Positions 53,372-63,759 are shown, counted from the stretch's first letter. The stretch: DNA of 64,000 bases from Patescibacteria group bacterium (GCA_040752125.1 JBFMFK010000003.1:19034-83033); one strand, 5' to 3'. The notes: generated by a model not told the origin, from the sequence alone. Translations and numbers: made by a program.

Positions 53372-53437
53372 TACATTATCTCAAAAAATCTCAAAAGAAA
53401 AATTAAAAATAAAAAAGCAGCATCTTTCAACCACCTT

Positions 53438-53821
53438 TTATTTCAACCCTTTGCAGTTGGAAGCAGGGACATAGCCGGCCTTGCGTGCCTCTTCTATGGA
53501 AGAAAACCAAATTTTATTTTCTTCTTTTATTTGCTGAGCACCGCCACACCAAGGATAGTGGTATTTAGTGCCGTTTTTAGAAGCCACAACACTTCCGTGC
53601 GAATCGAAACCGGGTTTCGATTCTATCATAAGGTTGGCACTCAAATTTTCTATGGTTATAGGTACTCTATTTTCCCTTATTTTTGATAATCTGCCCAAGC
53701 CAAAACTAATCAAGGCAACAAGAATAATAACCATTACTAAAAGAATATCTTTTTCATAAGATTGAATTTTGGATTTGCATTTTTTTACGGTTTCTGTTAA
53801 CATATAAGGAATATGGCTCAT
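53438..53821 (-). CDS. membrane-anchored hypothetical protein with C-terminal KYHYPWC…[12 protein letters not shown]…C domain
   Basis: It has one TM helix. The C-terminal motif resembles a small Cys-containing domain seen at the ends of many Firmicutes/CPR membrane proteins. It is preferred over the implausible overlapping plus-strand ORF 53369..53686. Confidence 0.4.
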   Translation of the reverse strand: MSHIPYMLTETVKKCKSKIQSYEKDILLVMVIILVALISFGLGRLSKIRENRVPITIENLSANLMIESKPGFDSHGSVVASKNGTKYHYPWCGGAQQIKEENKIWFSSIEEARKAGYVPASNCKGLK

Positions 53822-54091
53822 CGTAAAGCTGGTGGTACAGCTAAAAACTTAAGAGATTCACAGCCGAAATTTTTAGGCGTAAAACTTTATGGCGGTCATT
53901 CTGCAAAGCCTGGGTCTATTTTGGTTCGCCAGCGCGGTACGCAGATACTTCCCGGAAATAATGTCAAAATGGGGAAAGATCATACTTTATATGCTGTTAA
54001 TGCTGGCATTGTGAAATTCACAGAAAAAAGAAAAACAAGATTTGACAGAAAAATTCGGAGATATAAAATTGTTAATGTTATCCCCTCTTAG
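53813..54091 (+). CDS. rpmA: 50S ribosomal protein L27
   Basis: The N-terminus reads [17 protein letters not shown]. Confidence 0.9.
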   Translation: MAHRKAGGTAKNLRDSQPKFLGVKLYGGHSAKPGSILVRQRGTQILPGNNVKMGKDHTLYAVNAGIVKFTEKRKTRFDRKIRRYKIVNVIPS

Positions 54092-55712
54092 ATTTTGTTA
54101 TTATCTTCACAAACTCTTTAAACAAAGGGTGGGGATTTAAGGGGCGCGATTTAAATTCTGGATGGAATTGTACGCCAACAAAAAATGGGTGTTTCTTCCG
54201 TGATAATTCTGCTATTTCCATTAATTTTTTATCAGGGGATTGGCCGGAAAAAATTAATCCCTTCTTTTCTAAAATCTTAATGTAATCAGGATTCACTTCC
54301 CAACGATGCCGATGTCTTTCCGAGATCAAATGTTCTTTATAGGCGTTGAAGGCAATGGTATTTTTCTTTAAGATAGCTGGATAAGCGCCCAATCTCATCG
54401 TGGCTCCATAATTTTTATCTTCCAGATTTTTCTTTTGGTCAGGTAAAATATCAATCACAGGATATCTTGTCTTTCTGTCTACTTCTGTGGTATTTGCCTT
54501 TTTCAAGCCGCAAACATTTCTTGCAAATTCTACAACCATCAGCTGCATGCCATAACAAAGACCAAAAAAAGGAATTTTATTTTCACGACAGAATTGTATT
54601 GCCTTTATTTTTCCTTCGATTCCCCTACTCCCAAACCCCCCGGGCACAATGATGCCCTGATAATTTTTTAAATCTTTCAGGGCCTTAGGATCTTTTTCAA
54701 ATTTTTCAGCATCAATCCAGTTAATCGCTGGCCTTCTTTTATAAAAACAAAGAGCATGCTTAACAGATTCTATTACAGAAATATAAGAATCTGATAAGAG
54801 GAAATCACCGGTTCCGAAATATTTTCCAACTACGCCGATCTTCAACGGTATTTTTGAGGCCCTTAGATATCTTACCATCCGCTGCCACCTCTTCAGGTTT
54901 CTTTTTTTAGGCTTAAGCTTCAACTTTTTCAAGATAATATCGCTAAGTCTTTCTTTTTCAAAATTGATCGGCGCCTCATAAATACTTTCTATATCTGGAG
55001 CAGAAATTGTCTCCTCTTCCTGCATGCTGCAGTTTACTGCAATTTTTGCCTTGCGTTTTTTATCAAGGGGCATTCTTGATCGCGCAATGATGATGTCGGG
55101 CTGTATGCCCGCTGAATTTAATGTGCGTACAGCATACTGAGTTGGCTTTGTTTTCATCTCCCCGATTTTGCTTGGTATAGGAAGATAGCTTACCAGAATA
55201 AAAAGAACATCGTTTGGTTTCCTCAGTTTTAATATCCTTGCGGCTTCCAAAAATAGGATATTCTGGTATTCTCCAACTGTCCCGCCAATCTCTATAATGA
55301 TAAAATCTGCCCTTGCCTTTTGGCCGGCCTTTTTGATTCTTTCAATTACCTCTAGGGGAATATGGGGCACAACTTCAACACATTTGCCACCATAACCTAA
55401 GTTTCTTTCTCTATTTATCACGGAAAGATAAATACTTCCTGTTGTCATATAATTAATCGCCGGCAGGTTTATATCTAAAAACCTTTCGTAATTTCCCATA
55501 TCTTGGTCGGTTTCTGTTCCCTCTTCCAAAACAAAAACTTCTCCATGTTCAGTCGGATTCATTGTACCTGCATCTACATTTACATAGGGATCAATTTTAA
55601 TGGCAGTAACATTAAATCCTCTAGATTGCAGAATCTTACCAATGGCAGCAGAGGCAACACCTTTCCCTACCCCAGAAATTACACCGCCAACTACAAAAAT
55701 ATATTTGGTCAT
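54078..55712 (-). CDS. pyrG: CTP synthase
   Basis: The N-terminus reads [17 protein letters not shown] GATase C-terminal half with the GLCYGMQ motif is present. Confidence 0.9.
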   Translation of the reverse strand: MTKYIFVVGGVISGVGKGVASAAIGKILQSRGFNVTAIKIDPYVNVDAGTMNPTEHGEVFVLEEGTETDQDMGNYERFLDINLPAINYMTTGSIYLSVINRERNLGYGGKCVEVVPHIPLEVIERIKKAGQKARADFIIIEIGGTVGEYQNILFLEAARILKLRKPNDVLFILVSYLPIPSKIGEMKTKPTQYAVRTLNSAGIQPDIIIARSRMPLDKKRKAKIAVNCSMQEEETISAPDIESIYEAPINFEKERLSDIILKKLKLKPKKRNLKRWQRMVRYLRASKIPLKIGVVGKYFGTGDFLLSDSYISVIESVKHALCFYKRRPAINWIDAEKFEKDPKALKDLKNYQGIIVPGGFGSRGIEGKIKAIQFCRENKIPFFGLCYGMQLMVVEFARNVCGLKKANTTEVDRKTRYPVIDILPDQKKNLEDKNYGATMRLGAYPAILKKNTIAFNAYKEHLISERHRHRWEVNPDYIKILEKKGLIFSGQSPDKKLMEIAELSRKKHPFFVGVQFHPEFKSRPLNPHPLFKEFVKIITKSKRG

Positions 55713-56134
55713 GTTACGATAGTGATAAATTGTTTATCTCTCACCTTTATCCTATATTCTCCTATTGATTTTATCGGGTGCTCTAATTCTATAATCTCTG
55801 AAGGGATATCAATATGATGCTGTTCTTTCAAAATTTTGCTTATTTGTTCCGGCTGAATAGCGGCGAATAAATGTCCCTTTTCATTGGCCTTTGTTTTATA
55901 AGTTATTTTAATCCCGTCCAAACTCTCAATGTTTTTCGTCAAAATATCTTCCTGTATCGCCCGCTCTTCAGCTATCTGTTTCTTCTTTTTTTCTATTGCT
56001 TGAACATTAGCTGTTGTGGCAATTACAACGAGTTTTTTAGGAATCAAAAAGTTACGCGCATAACCATCGTTGACATTTTTTACTTCATATTTCCTGCCTA
56101 CCCTCGGCACATCTTGGAGAAGAATAACTTTCAT
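55709..56134 (-). CDS. rplI: 50S ribosomal protein L9
   Basis: The N-terminus reads MKVILLQDVPRVGRKYEVKNV. Confidence 0.85.
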   Translation of the reverse strand: MKVILLQDVPRVGRKYEVKNVNDGYARNFLIPKKLVVIATTANVQAIEKKKKQIAEERAIQEDILTKNIESLDGIKITYKTKANEKGHLFAAIQPEQISKILKEQHHIDIPSEIIELEHPIKSIGEYRIKVRDKQFITIVT

Positions 56135-56202
56135 TGTTAAAATTATAATAGCATATCTGAATTAACTTGCAAAAACTTTGAAAATCAACGATAATTAAAA
56201 AT

Positions 56203-56598
56203 ATGAACGAAAATAAGCTGAGCAATCTTAAGAAGATTTTTAAATTTTATCCACAGATAAAACTTGTTTATCTTTTTGGTTCAAGGGCAAAAGGTAAAAC
56301 AGGTCCTCTCAGTGATTATGACTTCGCTTTTTATATAGATGAAAAAGACAAGAAAAAAGTTTTTGAACTGAAATTTAAATTAATGGATGAAATAACCAAT
56401 GAATTAAAAACAGACAAGGTTGACATAATAATGTTAGACACAACAGAAGGACCTGAAATAAAATATAATATCATTAAGGAAGGTAAATTAATCTATGGAA
56501 AAGAGCCATATAAGATTTTAATTGAACCAAAAATTTTCAATGAATATTTTGATTTTATTTCTATTCTTAAAAGACATAATCTTACAAAAGTATCATGA
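56203..56598 (+). CDS. minimal nucleotidyltransferase (MntA-like antitoxin)
   Basis: LFGSRAKGKTGPLSDYDFAF (GSx9-11SDxD NTase motif) is present. Confidence 0.75.
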   Translation: MNENKLSNLKKIFKFYPQIKLVYLFGSRAKGKTGPLSDYDFAFYIDEKDKKKVFELKFKLMDEITNELKTDKVDIIMLDTTEGPEIKYNIIKEGKLIYGKEPYKILIEPKIFNEYFDFISILKRHNLTKVS

Positions 56599-57011
56599 CT
56601 AATTTAAGTATAATTGAAAATAAAATAAGTGCCATCCAAAAGTATTTAAAGATTCTTGAAGGATACCAAAAATATTCCAGGAAAGAAATAGAAGAAAATA
56701 TTGACATCAGAGGAGCTGTAGAAAGATATCTCTATCTTGTTAGTCAAGCAGCCATTGATTTAGCAGGGGCGGTTATTTCTTTTAAAAACTTGCGCAAACC
56801 CAGCACTCTTAGTGAAAGCTTCCATATTCTTAATGAAGAAAATATTATCCCGAAGGAATTAGTTGAAAAAATGACAAGAATGACTGGGTTTAGAAATATC
56901 ATCGCTCATGATTATGAAAAAGTAAATTATGATATTGTCTATGACATTTTGCACAATAAGCTTAAAGATATTGAAGAGTTTACAAAGATTATCAAAATGC
57001 TAAAATCTTAA
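56595..57011 (+). CDS. HepT-like HEPN toxin (DUF86)
   Basis: GFRNIIAHDY (R-x4-HxY) is present. It overlaps the MNT by 4 nt. Confidence 0.75.
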   Translation: MTNLSIIENKISAIQKYLKILEGYQKYSRKEIEENIDIRGAVERYLYLVSQAAIDLAGAVISFKNLRKPSTLSESFHILNEENIIPKELVEKMTRMTGFRNIIAHDYEKVNYDIVYDILHNKLKDIEEFTKIIKMLKS

Positions 57012-58220
57012 AGTTGACATTAATATCTCTATTGCCTTATCCATTTGGGGATCACGATTGGATTCTTTATCTTTTTCTGTCATTTCCACTTTTATATTAG
57101 GTTCTAAACCGCCTTTGGAGATTGATTTACCATCAGGAGTCAACCATTGAGCAATGGTCAATTTAAGTGATGTATCCTTTGTCACTGGAATCAATTCCTG
57201 TACTGATCCCTTACCGAACGTCTTAACGCCAACTAACCTCGCTGTTTTGTATTCTTGAAGGGCGCCAGCGAGAATTTCAGAAGCAGAGGCACTGCCATTA
57301 TTGATCAAAATAACTATAGGTAAATTATTAAAAATATCATAACCTTTACTCCTATAAACATTCTCATCGCCAGTAGCAAAAGTTTCTTTTGTGATGATCT
57401 TCCCAGCAGGCAAAAACCAGCTGGCAATATCAACCGCCGCTTCTAAATAACCGCCGGGGTTATTTCTCAAGTCAAGAATCAGCTTGTCATTACCTGACAA
57501 AATAAATTCTCTAAGCGCCGCTCTGAAGGCGGTTGTCGATGTCCCTCCAAAATTATACAGTTTAATTATAAAAATTCCTCCGGGTTTAGATTCTGTATTC
57601 AAAACAGGAATATTGATAACATCTCTTACAATCTCTACTTCAAAAGGAATGTCTTTACTTTCCCTCACAATAAGTAATTTAACTTTTGTTCCCCTTGGTC
57701 CTCTGATCAATTGAGCAGCATCATCAGATGTCATATTGACAGTCATCTCGTCATTGATCTTAAGTATTTTATCTCCTGGTTTAAGACCGGCTTTTTCCGC
57801 AGGCGAATTTTTAAGAGGAGAAACAATGGTCAATGCTCCATCTTTGACAGTAATCTCCATACCAACTCCTTCAAAGTTTCCGCTGATGTCTTCTTCAAAC
57901 ATCTTGGATTTTCCAGGGGGGAAAAAAGTTGAATAAGGATCACCTAAAGAATTAACCATTCCTTCAATGGCGCCCCAGACCTTCTTTTGGTTATCAAGCC
58001 CATCTGATGATGCGAATTTTTCATCAATAATATTCCACGTTTTCCAAAATGGTTCAAAATCAATATTTGCTGGCTTTTCCTTATCTTTATTAATAACTCC
58101 AACTGCCTTTTCTATTTCGGGCCGCTGGGAATAACCAAAAAAAACGCCTCCTGTAAAGATCCCCAAAAGAAGCGCAAAGATTATGAAAATATAGATACCT
58201 TTTTTTATTGGCCGATTCAT
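57000..58220 (-). CDS. ctpA: carboxy-terminal processing protease (S41, Ctp) with PDZ domain
   Basis: DLRNNPGGYL is present. A PDZ segment GLKPGDKILKIND and an N-terminal TM are also present. Confidence 0.85.
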   Translation of the reverse strand: MNRPIKKGIYIFIIFALLLGIFTGGVFFGYSQRPEIEKAVGVINKDKEKPANIDFEPFWKTWNIIDEKFASSDGLDNQKKVWGAIEGMVNSLGDPYSTFFPPGKSKMFEEDISGNFEGVGMEITVKDGALTIVSPLKNSPAEKAGLKPGDKILKINDEMTVNMTSDDAAQLIRGPRGTKVKLLIVRESKDIPFEVEIVRDVINIPVLNTESKPGGIFIIKLYNFGGTSTTAFRAALREFILSGNDKLILDLRNNPGGYLEAAVDIASWFLPAGKIITKETFATGDENVYRSKGYDIFNNLPIVILINNGSASASEILAGALQEYKTARLVGVKTFGKGSVQELIPVTKDTSLKLTIAQWLTPDGKSISKGGLEPNIKVEMTEKDKESNRDPQMDKAIEILMSTLRF

Positions 58221-58261
58221 TTAATTTATTATCACAGATTTATATTCTTTTTTCAATGTTT

Positions 58262-58295
58262 GGAGGTTGAACCTCTGTTTAGAGGTTCAACCTCC
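58262..58295. promoter_or_regulatory. perfect 15-bp inverted repeat GGAGGTTGAACCTCT-gttt-AGAGGTTCAACCTCC in divergent ctpA / corA-like intergenic region
   Basis: Direct read. Each arm is also internally palindromic around GGTTGAACC. Confidence 0.5.
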
Positions 58296-58367
58296 TGCGC
58301 GTTTCCATCGCTTTTTTATATTGTCCTTTTATTTCAAAATTAGACATTATATAATAAATCCAATAAT

Positions 58368-59261
58368 ATGATTTCCACCTGTAAATATAATCATCTTACT
58401 TGGGTAGATCTAGAATGTCCCACCTCTGAAGAAATCAAATCAGTAATGACTAAATTTCTTATCCATCCCTTTGTGGCCGAAGAGCTTCTCAAACCTACTT
58501 TTCGTCCCAGGGTTGATGCCTATAAAGATACTCTTTACCTTATTCTGCATTTCCCTATTTACAATAATGTAAACAGAGAATATCGTTCCTGCGAGATAGA
58601 TTTTATTCTTGGAAAGAATTTTTTAATTACAACTCATTATACCACCATCACTCCTCTCTATGAAATTGCCAAAATCTTTGAGGCAAAGGGTATGATTAGG
58701 GAAAAAAATATCTCTAAGAATAGCGGCATCCTTTTCTTTTATATCATTAGACAACTTTATGACTTTTCAGAAACCCAATTAAACTTAATTGAATCCAAAA
58801 TAGACTTTATCGGAGAAAGAATGTTTGAGAAAAAATCCACTCTCTACGACCTTGTTAGAAAAATCTCGCATATAAAAAAAGAGATTCTTGATTTTAAAAG
58901 AATCATCCATTTTCACAAAGAAATTTTTTATTCACTTGAAGCAGTGGCGCCTAAATTTTTCGGTGAAGATTTCATTTATTATCTGAATAATATAAATGGC
59001 GAATATCAAAAACTCTGGAATGTAATGGAAAATCATATAGAAACCATTATTGCTCTTCAGAACACTCTTGATTCCCTTCTCATGCACCGCTCAAATGATG
59101 TTATGAAAATATTGACTATGATGGCTCTCTTTACCTTCCCCTTAACGGTCATCATTGGCTTGTTCGGTATAGACACAAAAATTTTACCTCTAGTTATCAT
59201 TATAATGGTTGTTGTGGCAACCGGAATGCTTTCATATTTCAAGTATAAAAAATGGATCTAG
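58368..59261 (+). CDS. CorA-family divalent cation transporter with non-canonical GID in place of GMN
   Basis: It has a CorA-type N-terminal domain and two C-terminal TM helices. The loop motif reads LFGIDT (59166..59174) where CorA normally has YGMNF. Confidence 0.7.
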   Translation: MISTCKYNHLTWVDLECPTSEEIKSVMTKFLIHPFVAEELLKPTFRPRVDAYKDTLYLILHFPIYNNVNREYRSCEIDFILGKNFLITTHYTTITPLYEIAKIFEAKGMIREKNISKNSGILFFYIIRQLYDFSETQLNLIESKIDFIGERMFEKKSTLYDLVRKISHIKKEILDFKRIIHFHKEIFYSLEAVAPKFFGEDFIYYLNNINGEYQKLWNVMENHIETIIALQNTLDSLLMHRSNDVMKILTMMALFTFPLTVIIGLFGIDTKILPLVIIIMVVVATGMLSYFKYKKWI

Positions 59262-60661
59262 ATATCAATTTGTATAATACTCTCTCTCTAAAAAAAGAAA
59301 AATTCAAGCCGATCAAAAATAAAAAGATAGGGCTGTATACCTGCGGACCAACTGTTTATAATTTCGTCCACATAGGCAATATAAGAACATTTATCTTTGA
59401 AGATATACTTAGAAGGACTTTTGAATATAATGGATTTAAGATAAAGCATATTATGAATATCACTGATGTCGGGCACCTTTCGTCTGATGCTGATGAAGGC
59501 GAAGACAAAATGACTCTGGCCTTAAAACGGGAGAATAAGCCATTAACCCTAAAGGCAATGAAAGAAGTGGCGGATTTTTATGCAGAAAGATTTAAGGAGG
59601 ATATAAAAAATTTAAATATTAAAATGCCTTCTTTAATGCCGAAAGCCAGTGAGCATATCAAGGAAGATATAGGCATTATTAAAAGATTAGAGAGAAAAGG
59701 TTTTATTTACAAAACAAGCGATGGGATCTATTTTGATGTTTCAAAATTTAAAAATTATGGAAAATTGGGCAGGCAAAAAAAAATAGCGAGCCAAAAATAC
59801 AGCAGAATCAATATCAATCCTGAAAAGAAAAATCCAGCTGATTTTGCGTTATGGAAATTTAACGATAAACTTGGATGGAAAAGCCCCTGGGGGGAAGGTT
59901 TTCCTGGCTGGCATATTGAATGTTCAGCTATGTCTACAAAATATCTTGGTCAACCTTTTGACGTCCATACTGGAGGCATAGACCATATACAGGTTCATCA
60001 CCAGAATGAAATTGCTCAATCTGAGGCGGCGTATGAAAATCCGCTGGCGCATTATTGGCTGCATGGAGCATTTTTGATCGTAGATCAAAAAAAGATGGCC
60101 AAATCAGATGGCACCTTTATTACTTTGAAAGATATAAAAGAAAAAGGATTCAATCCCATTGCCTTCCGCTATCTTACATTGGGGACGCATTACCGTAAGC
60201 CATTAAATTTTTCTTGGAAGAGTCTTGAATCAGCCCAGAAAAGCTTGGAACATTTGTATAATCAGCTTTTAACTATTAGTAACCAGCCAATAGACAAAAA
60301 TAAAATTGATAAAAAATTTAAGGAAAACTTTTTGAAAGCTATAAATGATGATTTAAATATTCCTCAAGCATTAGCATTAATCCAAAAATTATTAAAATCA
60401 AAACTGAAAACTGATGAATATAAGCTGTCTACTATTTTGGACTTTGACCGAGTTCTAGGATTAAAAATAAAAGAAAATATTGCTCCAATAAAAATTCCGC
60501 GAGAAGTGGAAGAATTGGCTAAAAGAAGAGAATCATTAAGAAAAGAGAAAAAATGGGAGGAAGCCGACCATTTGCGCAAGAAGATACTGGAGCTGGGATA
60601 CAAGATAGAAGATATAAAGAAAGGATATATCTTGAAACGAAGTGAGCATATGGTAAGATAA
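59252..60661 (+). CDS. cysS: cysteinyl-tRNA synthetase
   Basis: The HIGH motif reads [16 protein letters not shown], and KMSKS reads KMAKSDG. Zinc ligands C…C…H are present. Confidence 0.9.
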   Translation: MDLDINLYNTLSLKKEKFKPIKNKKIGLYTCGPTVYNFVHIGNIRTFIFEDILRRTFEYNGFKIKHIMNITDVGHLSSDADEGEDKMTLALKRENKPLTLKAMKEVADFYAERFKEDIKNLNIKMPSLMPKASEHIKEDIGIIKRLERKGFIYKTSDGIYFDVSKFKNYGKLGRQKKIASQKYSRININPEKKNPADFALWKFNDKLGWKSPWGEGFPGWHIECSAMSTKYLGQPFDVHTGGIDHIQVHHQNEIAQSEAAYENPLAHYWLHGAFLIVDQKKMAKSDGTFITLKDIKEKGFNPIAFRYLTLGTHYRKPLNFSWKSLESAQKSLEHLYNQLLTISNQPIDKNKIDKKFKENFLKAINDDLNIPQALALIQKLLKSKLKTDEYKLSTILDFDRVLGLKIKENIAPIKIPREVEELAKRRESLRKEKKWEEADHLRKKILELGYKIEDIKKGYILKRSEHMVR

Positions 60662-60668
60662 AATTGCT

Positions 60669-62027
60669 ATGGCTAGAGAAATTTCAAAGAGCACCGTAAG
60701 AATACCGCCACACAATATTGAAGCAGAAGCATCTGTTTTGGGCTCCCTGATGCTTGATTCTAATGCTATCAATATCGTCGCTGATATTTTAAAACCAGAA
60801 GATTTCTACGATCAAAAACATAATATTATCTACCAGACAATGATTGATCTGTATCTCAATAAAGAGCCAATTGATTTCCTTTCTCTTTCTACGAAACTGA
60901 AAGAAAAAAAATTACTAAAAGAAGCCAGTGGGAATGCCTATCTTACTGATCTTGTCAATATTGTTCCAACGGCTTCTAATGCGAAGTATTATGCAGAGAT
61001 AGTAAGGAAGAAAAAGATTTTAAGGGACCTTATAGAGATATCAAATTACATCTCCAATTTGGGATTCAATGAGTCTGAAGATGTTGAATATATTCTTGAT
61101 GAAGCAGAGAAAAAAATTTTTAATATCGCCAGATATTCTATTCGCCAGAAATTTCAAAGTATTAAGACAGCGCTTGAGGAGGCATGGGAAAGGATTGACA
61201 GATTGAATAAATCGCAAGGAGAGCTGCGGGGAATCCCGACTGGTTTTATAGAAATTGATAATATGCTTGCCGGTTTACAGAAATCAGATTTAATAATTTT
61301 AGCTGCCAGGCCTAGTATGGGTAAGACTGCCTTAGCATTAAATATTGCTAAAAATATTGCCTGCAAATCCAATATTCCGGTTGGTATTTTCAGCCTAGAG
61401 ATGTCCGCTCAGCAACTTGTGGATAGATTGATAGCTTCAGAGGCACATGTCAATTCTTGGAAATTAAGGACAGGCAGGATTTCTTCAGAAGATGAATTTC
61501 AGAGAATCAGTGATGCATTAGACACTCTTTCAAGAGCACCCCTCTTCATAGATGACGAACCATCCAATAATATTCTTCAGATGCGGGCCATGGCCAGAAG
61601 ATTGCAGACAGAACATGGTCTTGGTCTTTTAATTGTAGATTATATTCAGTTAATGGTGCCCAGACAGACAGTTGAAAGTATGGTGCAACAAATGACAGAA
61701 ATTTCCCGTTCGTTGAAGGGATTGGCAAGAGAATTAGATGTTCCTGTTCTGGCAATTTCACAACTTTCCAGAGCTGTTGAATCAAGACATGATAAAAGAC
61801 CCAAACTACATGACCTCCGCGATTCTGGAAGTATTGAACAGGATGCAGACGTTGTTATGTTTATCTATAGAGATGAAAGATATAATCCTGAATCTCAATC
61901 GCAGAATATTGCTGAAATACTCATAGAAAAGCATAGAAATGGCCCGATAGGAAGTGTCCAGCTTTATTTTGATCCTCAGAAGGTTAGTTTTTATAATATT
62001 GAAAAGGGTGATTTTGGCTCAATATAA
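60669..62027 (+). CDS. dnaB: replicative DNA helicase DnaB
   Basis: The N-terminus reads PPHNIEAEASVLGSLMLD. Walker A GARPSMGKTA and the RecA-like C-terminal domain are present. Confidence 0.9.
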   Translation: MAREISKSTVRIPPHNIEAEASVLGSLMLDSNAINIVADILKPEDFYDQKHNIIYQTMIDLYLNKEPIDFLSLSTKLKEKKLLKEASGNAYLTDLVNIVPTASNAKYYAEIVRKKKILRDLIEISNYISNLGFNESEDVEYILDEAEKKIFNIARYSIRQKFQSIKTALEEAWERIDRLNKSQGELRGIPTGFIEIDNMLAGLQKSDLIILAARPSMGKTALALNIAKNIACKSNIPVGIFSLEMSAQQLVDRLIASEAHVNSWKLRTGRISSEDEFQRISDALDTLSRAPLFIDDEPSNNILQMRAMARRLQTEHGLGLLIVDYIQLMVPRQTVESMVQQMTEISRSLKGLARELDVPVLAISQLSRAVESRHDKRPKLHDLRDSGSIEQDADVVMFIYRDERYNPESQSQNIAEILIEKHRNGPIGSVQLYFDPQKVSFYNIEKGDFGSI

Positions 62028-62031
62028 TCTT

Positions 62032-62090
62032 GAGTAGTCAGTAATCAGTAGTCAGATTTGTCTGACTGCTAAGATATTGGCTACTGACTA
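62032..62090. repeat. nested inverted repeats (AGTAGTCAGta…AGTAGTCAG / CTGACTGCT…tACTGACTACT) between dnaB and recR
   Basis: Direct read. There is no T-run, so it is not a canonical terminator. Confidence 0.5.
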
Positions 62091-62095
62091 CTAAT

Positions 62096-62710
62096 ATGTT
62101 TGATAAACTTATCGAAGCATTTCTCAAATTTCCAGGTATTGGCCCACGGCAGGCAAAACGTTTTGTTTATTTTTTGGCAGGCCAAGATGAAAAATTTCTA
62201 AAAAATTTGGCCGGACTTTTTTTAGAAATAAAAAAAGATATAAAACAATGCGACTCGTGCTTCAGGTTTTTTTCGAAACCCGGTTTCGACGCAAAGAAAC
62301 CAGCTTTCAGATGTGAGATATGCAGTGATATTAACCGCGAAAAAAATCTGCTTATGGTAGTTGAAAAAGATGTGGATCTAGAAAATATAGAAAAGTCCAG
62401 AGCTTATAATGGAAAATATTTTGTTCTCGGGGGTATGCTTTCATTGAATGGAAAAAACCGATTATCTAGTCCACGGTTCAAAGAATTATTCAACAAAACA
62501 GGAAAAGAAAGACCAAAAGAAATCATTATAGCCACAAGTGCCACCATTGAGGGAGAAAACACCGCTCGTTATGCAGAGAAAATCTTGGAGCCTTTGGCAA
62601 AAAAATTCCAATTAAAAGTCTCTCGTTTAGGACGAGGACTTTCAACAGGAACAGAACTTGAGTTTATTGACAGCGAAACAATGACCAATGCTTTAAGGAA
62701 TAGACAATAA
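62096..62710 (+). CDS. recR: recombination protein RecR
   Basis: An HhH motif (FPGIGPRQAKR) is present, followed by a C4 zinc finger (CDSC…CEIC) and a Toprim domain. Confidence 0.9.
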   Translation: MFDKLIEAFLKFPGIGPRQAKRFVYFLAGQDEKFLKNLAGLFLEIKKDIKQCDSCFRFFSKPGFDAKKPAFRCEICSDINREKNLLMVVEKDVDLENIEKSRAYNGKYFVLGGMLSLNGKNRLSSPRFKELFNKTGKERPKEIIIATSATIEGENTARYAEKILEPLAKKFQLKVSRLGRGLSTGTELEFIDSETMTNALRNRQ

Positions 62711-62717
62711 TTAGAAA

Positions 62718-63038
62718 TTAGGATTTGATATCCAAAATCTTGATTTTAATATATCTCTGTCTATGACCCCTTTTTACTCGGTAACGGGTTTTTGGTTTAT
62801 ATTTTAATATTATTACCTTTTTTGCCCTTCCTTCCTCTTCCACTTTTGCTTCTACTTTTGCTCCCTCTACAAAAGGAGTACCGATTCTTATATTTTCTCC
62901 ATTGACAACTAAAAGCACTTTATCAAAAACAATATCGCCGTTTTTTACGGCCTTTATTTTCTCTATTTTTATTTTATCTCCCTGCTTAACCAAATATTGC
63001 TTCCCTCCAGTTTGTATAACCGCAATTTCATTGTTCAT
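62718..63038 (-). CDS. rplU: 50S ribosomal protein L21
   Basis: The N-terminus reads IAVIQTGGKQYLVKQGDKI and the C-terminus GHRQRYIKIKI. Confidence 0.9.
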   Translation of the reverse strand: MNNEIAVIQTGGKQYLVKQGDKIKIEKIKAVKNGDIVFDKVLLVVNGENIRIGTPFVEGAKVEAKVEEEGRAKKVIILKYKPKTRYRVKRGHRQRYIKIKILDIKS

Positions 63039-63147
63039 ATAAGTATGATATTACATTAAATTTAAAATAAATACAAGCTTTTACCTAATTTTTACCTAAA
63101 ATGTTTAAAATCTATAGAAAATCAATTCAATAGGAACAACAATGGAT

Positions 63148-63181
63148 TTACCATATATCTGCGATAGCAAGTATATGGTAA
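63148..63181. promoter_or_regulatory. TTACCATATA-TCTGCGATAGCAAG-TATATGGTAA: perfect 10-bp inverted arms around the 14-nt core; copy b, upstream of rplU and downstream of PaaX-like paralog 2
   Basis: Direct read. Confidence 0.6.
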
Positions 63182-63204
63182 TCTATGTACTGCTCTATTT
63201 AAAT

Positions 63205-63759
63205 TTATAATAAATCAAAATGTTTTTTTAAATGCAATTCATTATCTATTGAATCAGCAATAATGAATCTTACAAATTTTCTTATATCATAAAATTCTAT
63301 AAGGTAATCTATTTCATTTTTACAATCGTAGGGGTGAACAAAAACACTCTTTTGAAATTCATAAAATGCCAATTGTTTCAAATAAAATCGTAAAGCTTCT
63401 CTTATCTTTTTTCTCTTTTCAGGAATATCAAAAAGCACTACTCGCCATTTTTTATCCCATTTTTGTGGCTTTTTAATTTTCATTTTATCCAGATCATAAG
63501 TGAGAGCTTTTTGTTTTCCTTTATCAGTGAGAATTATTGTTAAAGTCCCATCTAGATTTTGTCTTTCCGCAACCAGTTTTGATTCATATAAACTTTTTAT
63601 TGCTCTTCTAAGTGCCCGCACTTCAATCTCTTTCCATTCTTTACTCATGCCCTTAAGAATCTGAAAATATCTTTTTGGCGAGCCAGAAAGTCCTAAAGCT
63701 AAACCACCTAAAAGCAAAAGCAATATTTTTTGTTGTATTTCTCCCGGTCCTCTTGGCAT
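63205..63759 (-). CDS. PaaX-like small transcriptional regulator, paralog 2
   Basis: WDKKWRVVLFDIPE is present. The architecture matches the 47376 gene. Confidence 0.6.
   Translation of the reverse strand: MPRGPGEIQQKILLLLLGGLALGLSGSPKRYFQILKGMSKEWKEIEVRALRRAIKSLYESKLVAERQNLDGTLTIILTDKGKQKALTYDLDKMKIKKPQKWDKKWRVVLFDIPEKRKKIREALRFYLKQLAFYEFQKSVFVHPYDCKNEIDYLIEFYDIRKFVRFIIADSIDNELHLKKHFDLL

Noticed and set aside
53369-53686. Plus-strand 105-aa ORF overlapping the minus-strand membrane-protein gene
   Set aside because: Its sequence (MYIISKNLKRKIKNKKAASF…) is low-complexity and implausible. The overlapping minus-strand ORF has a TM helix and a recognisable C-terminal motif. The only promoter-like signal in the region is the GCGATAGCAAGTATATG core, which lies downstream of the minus-strand gene's stop.
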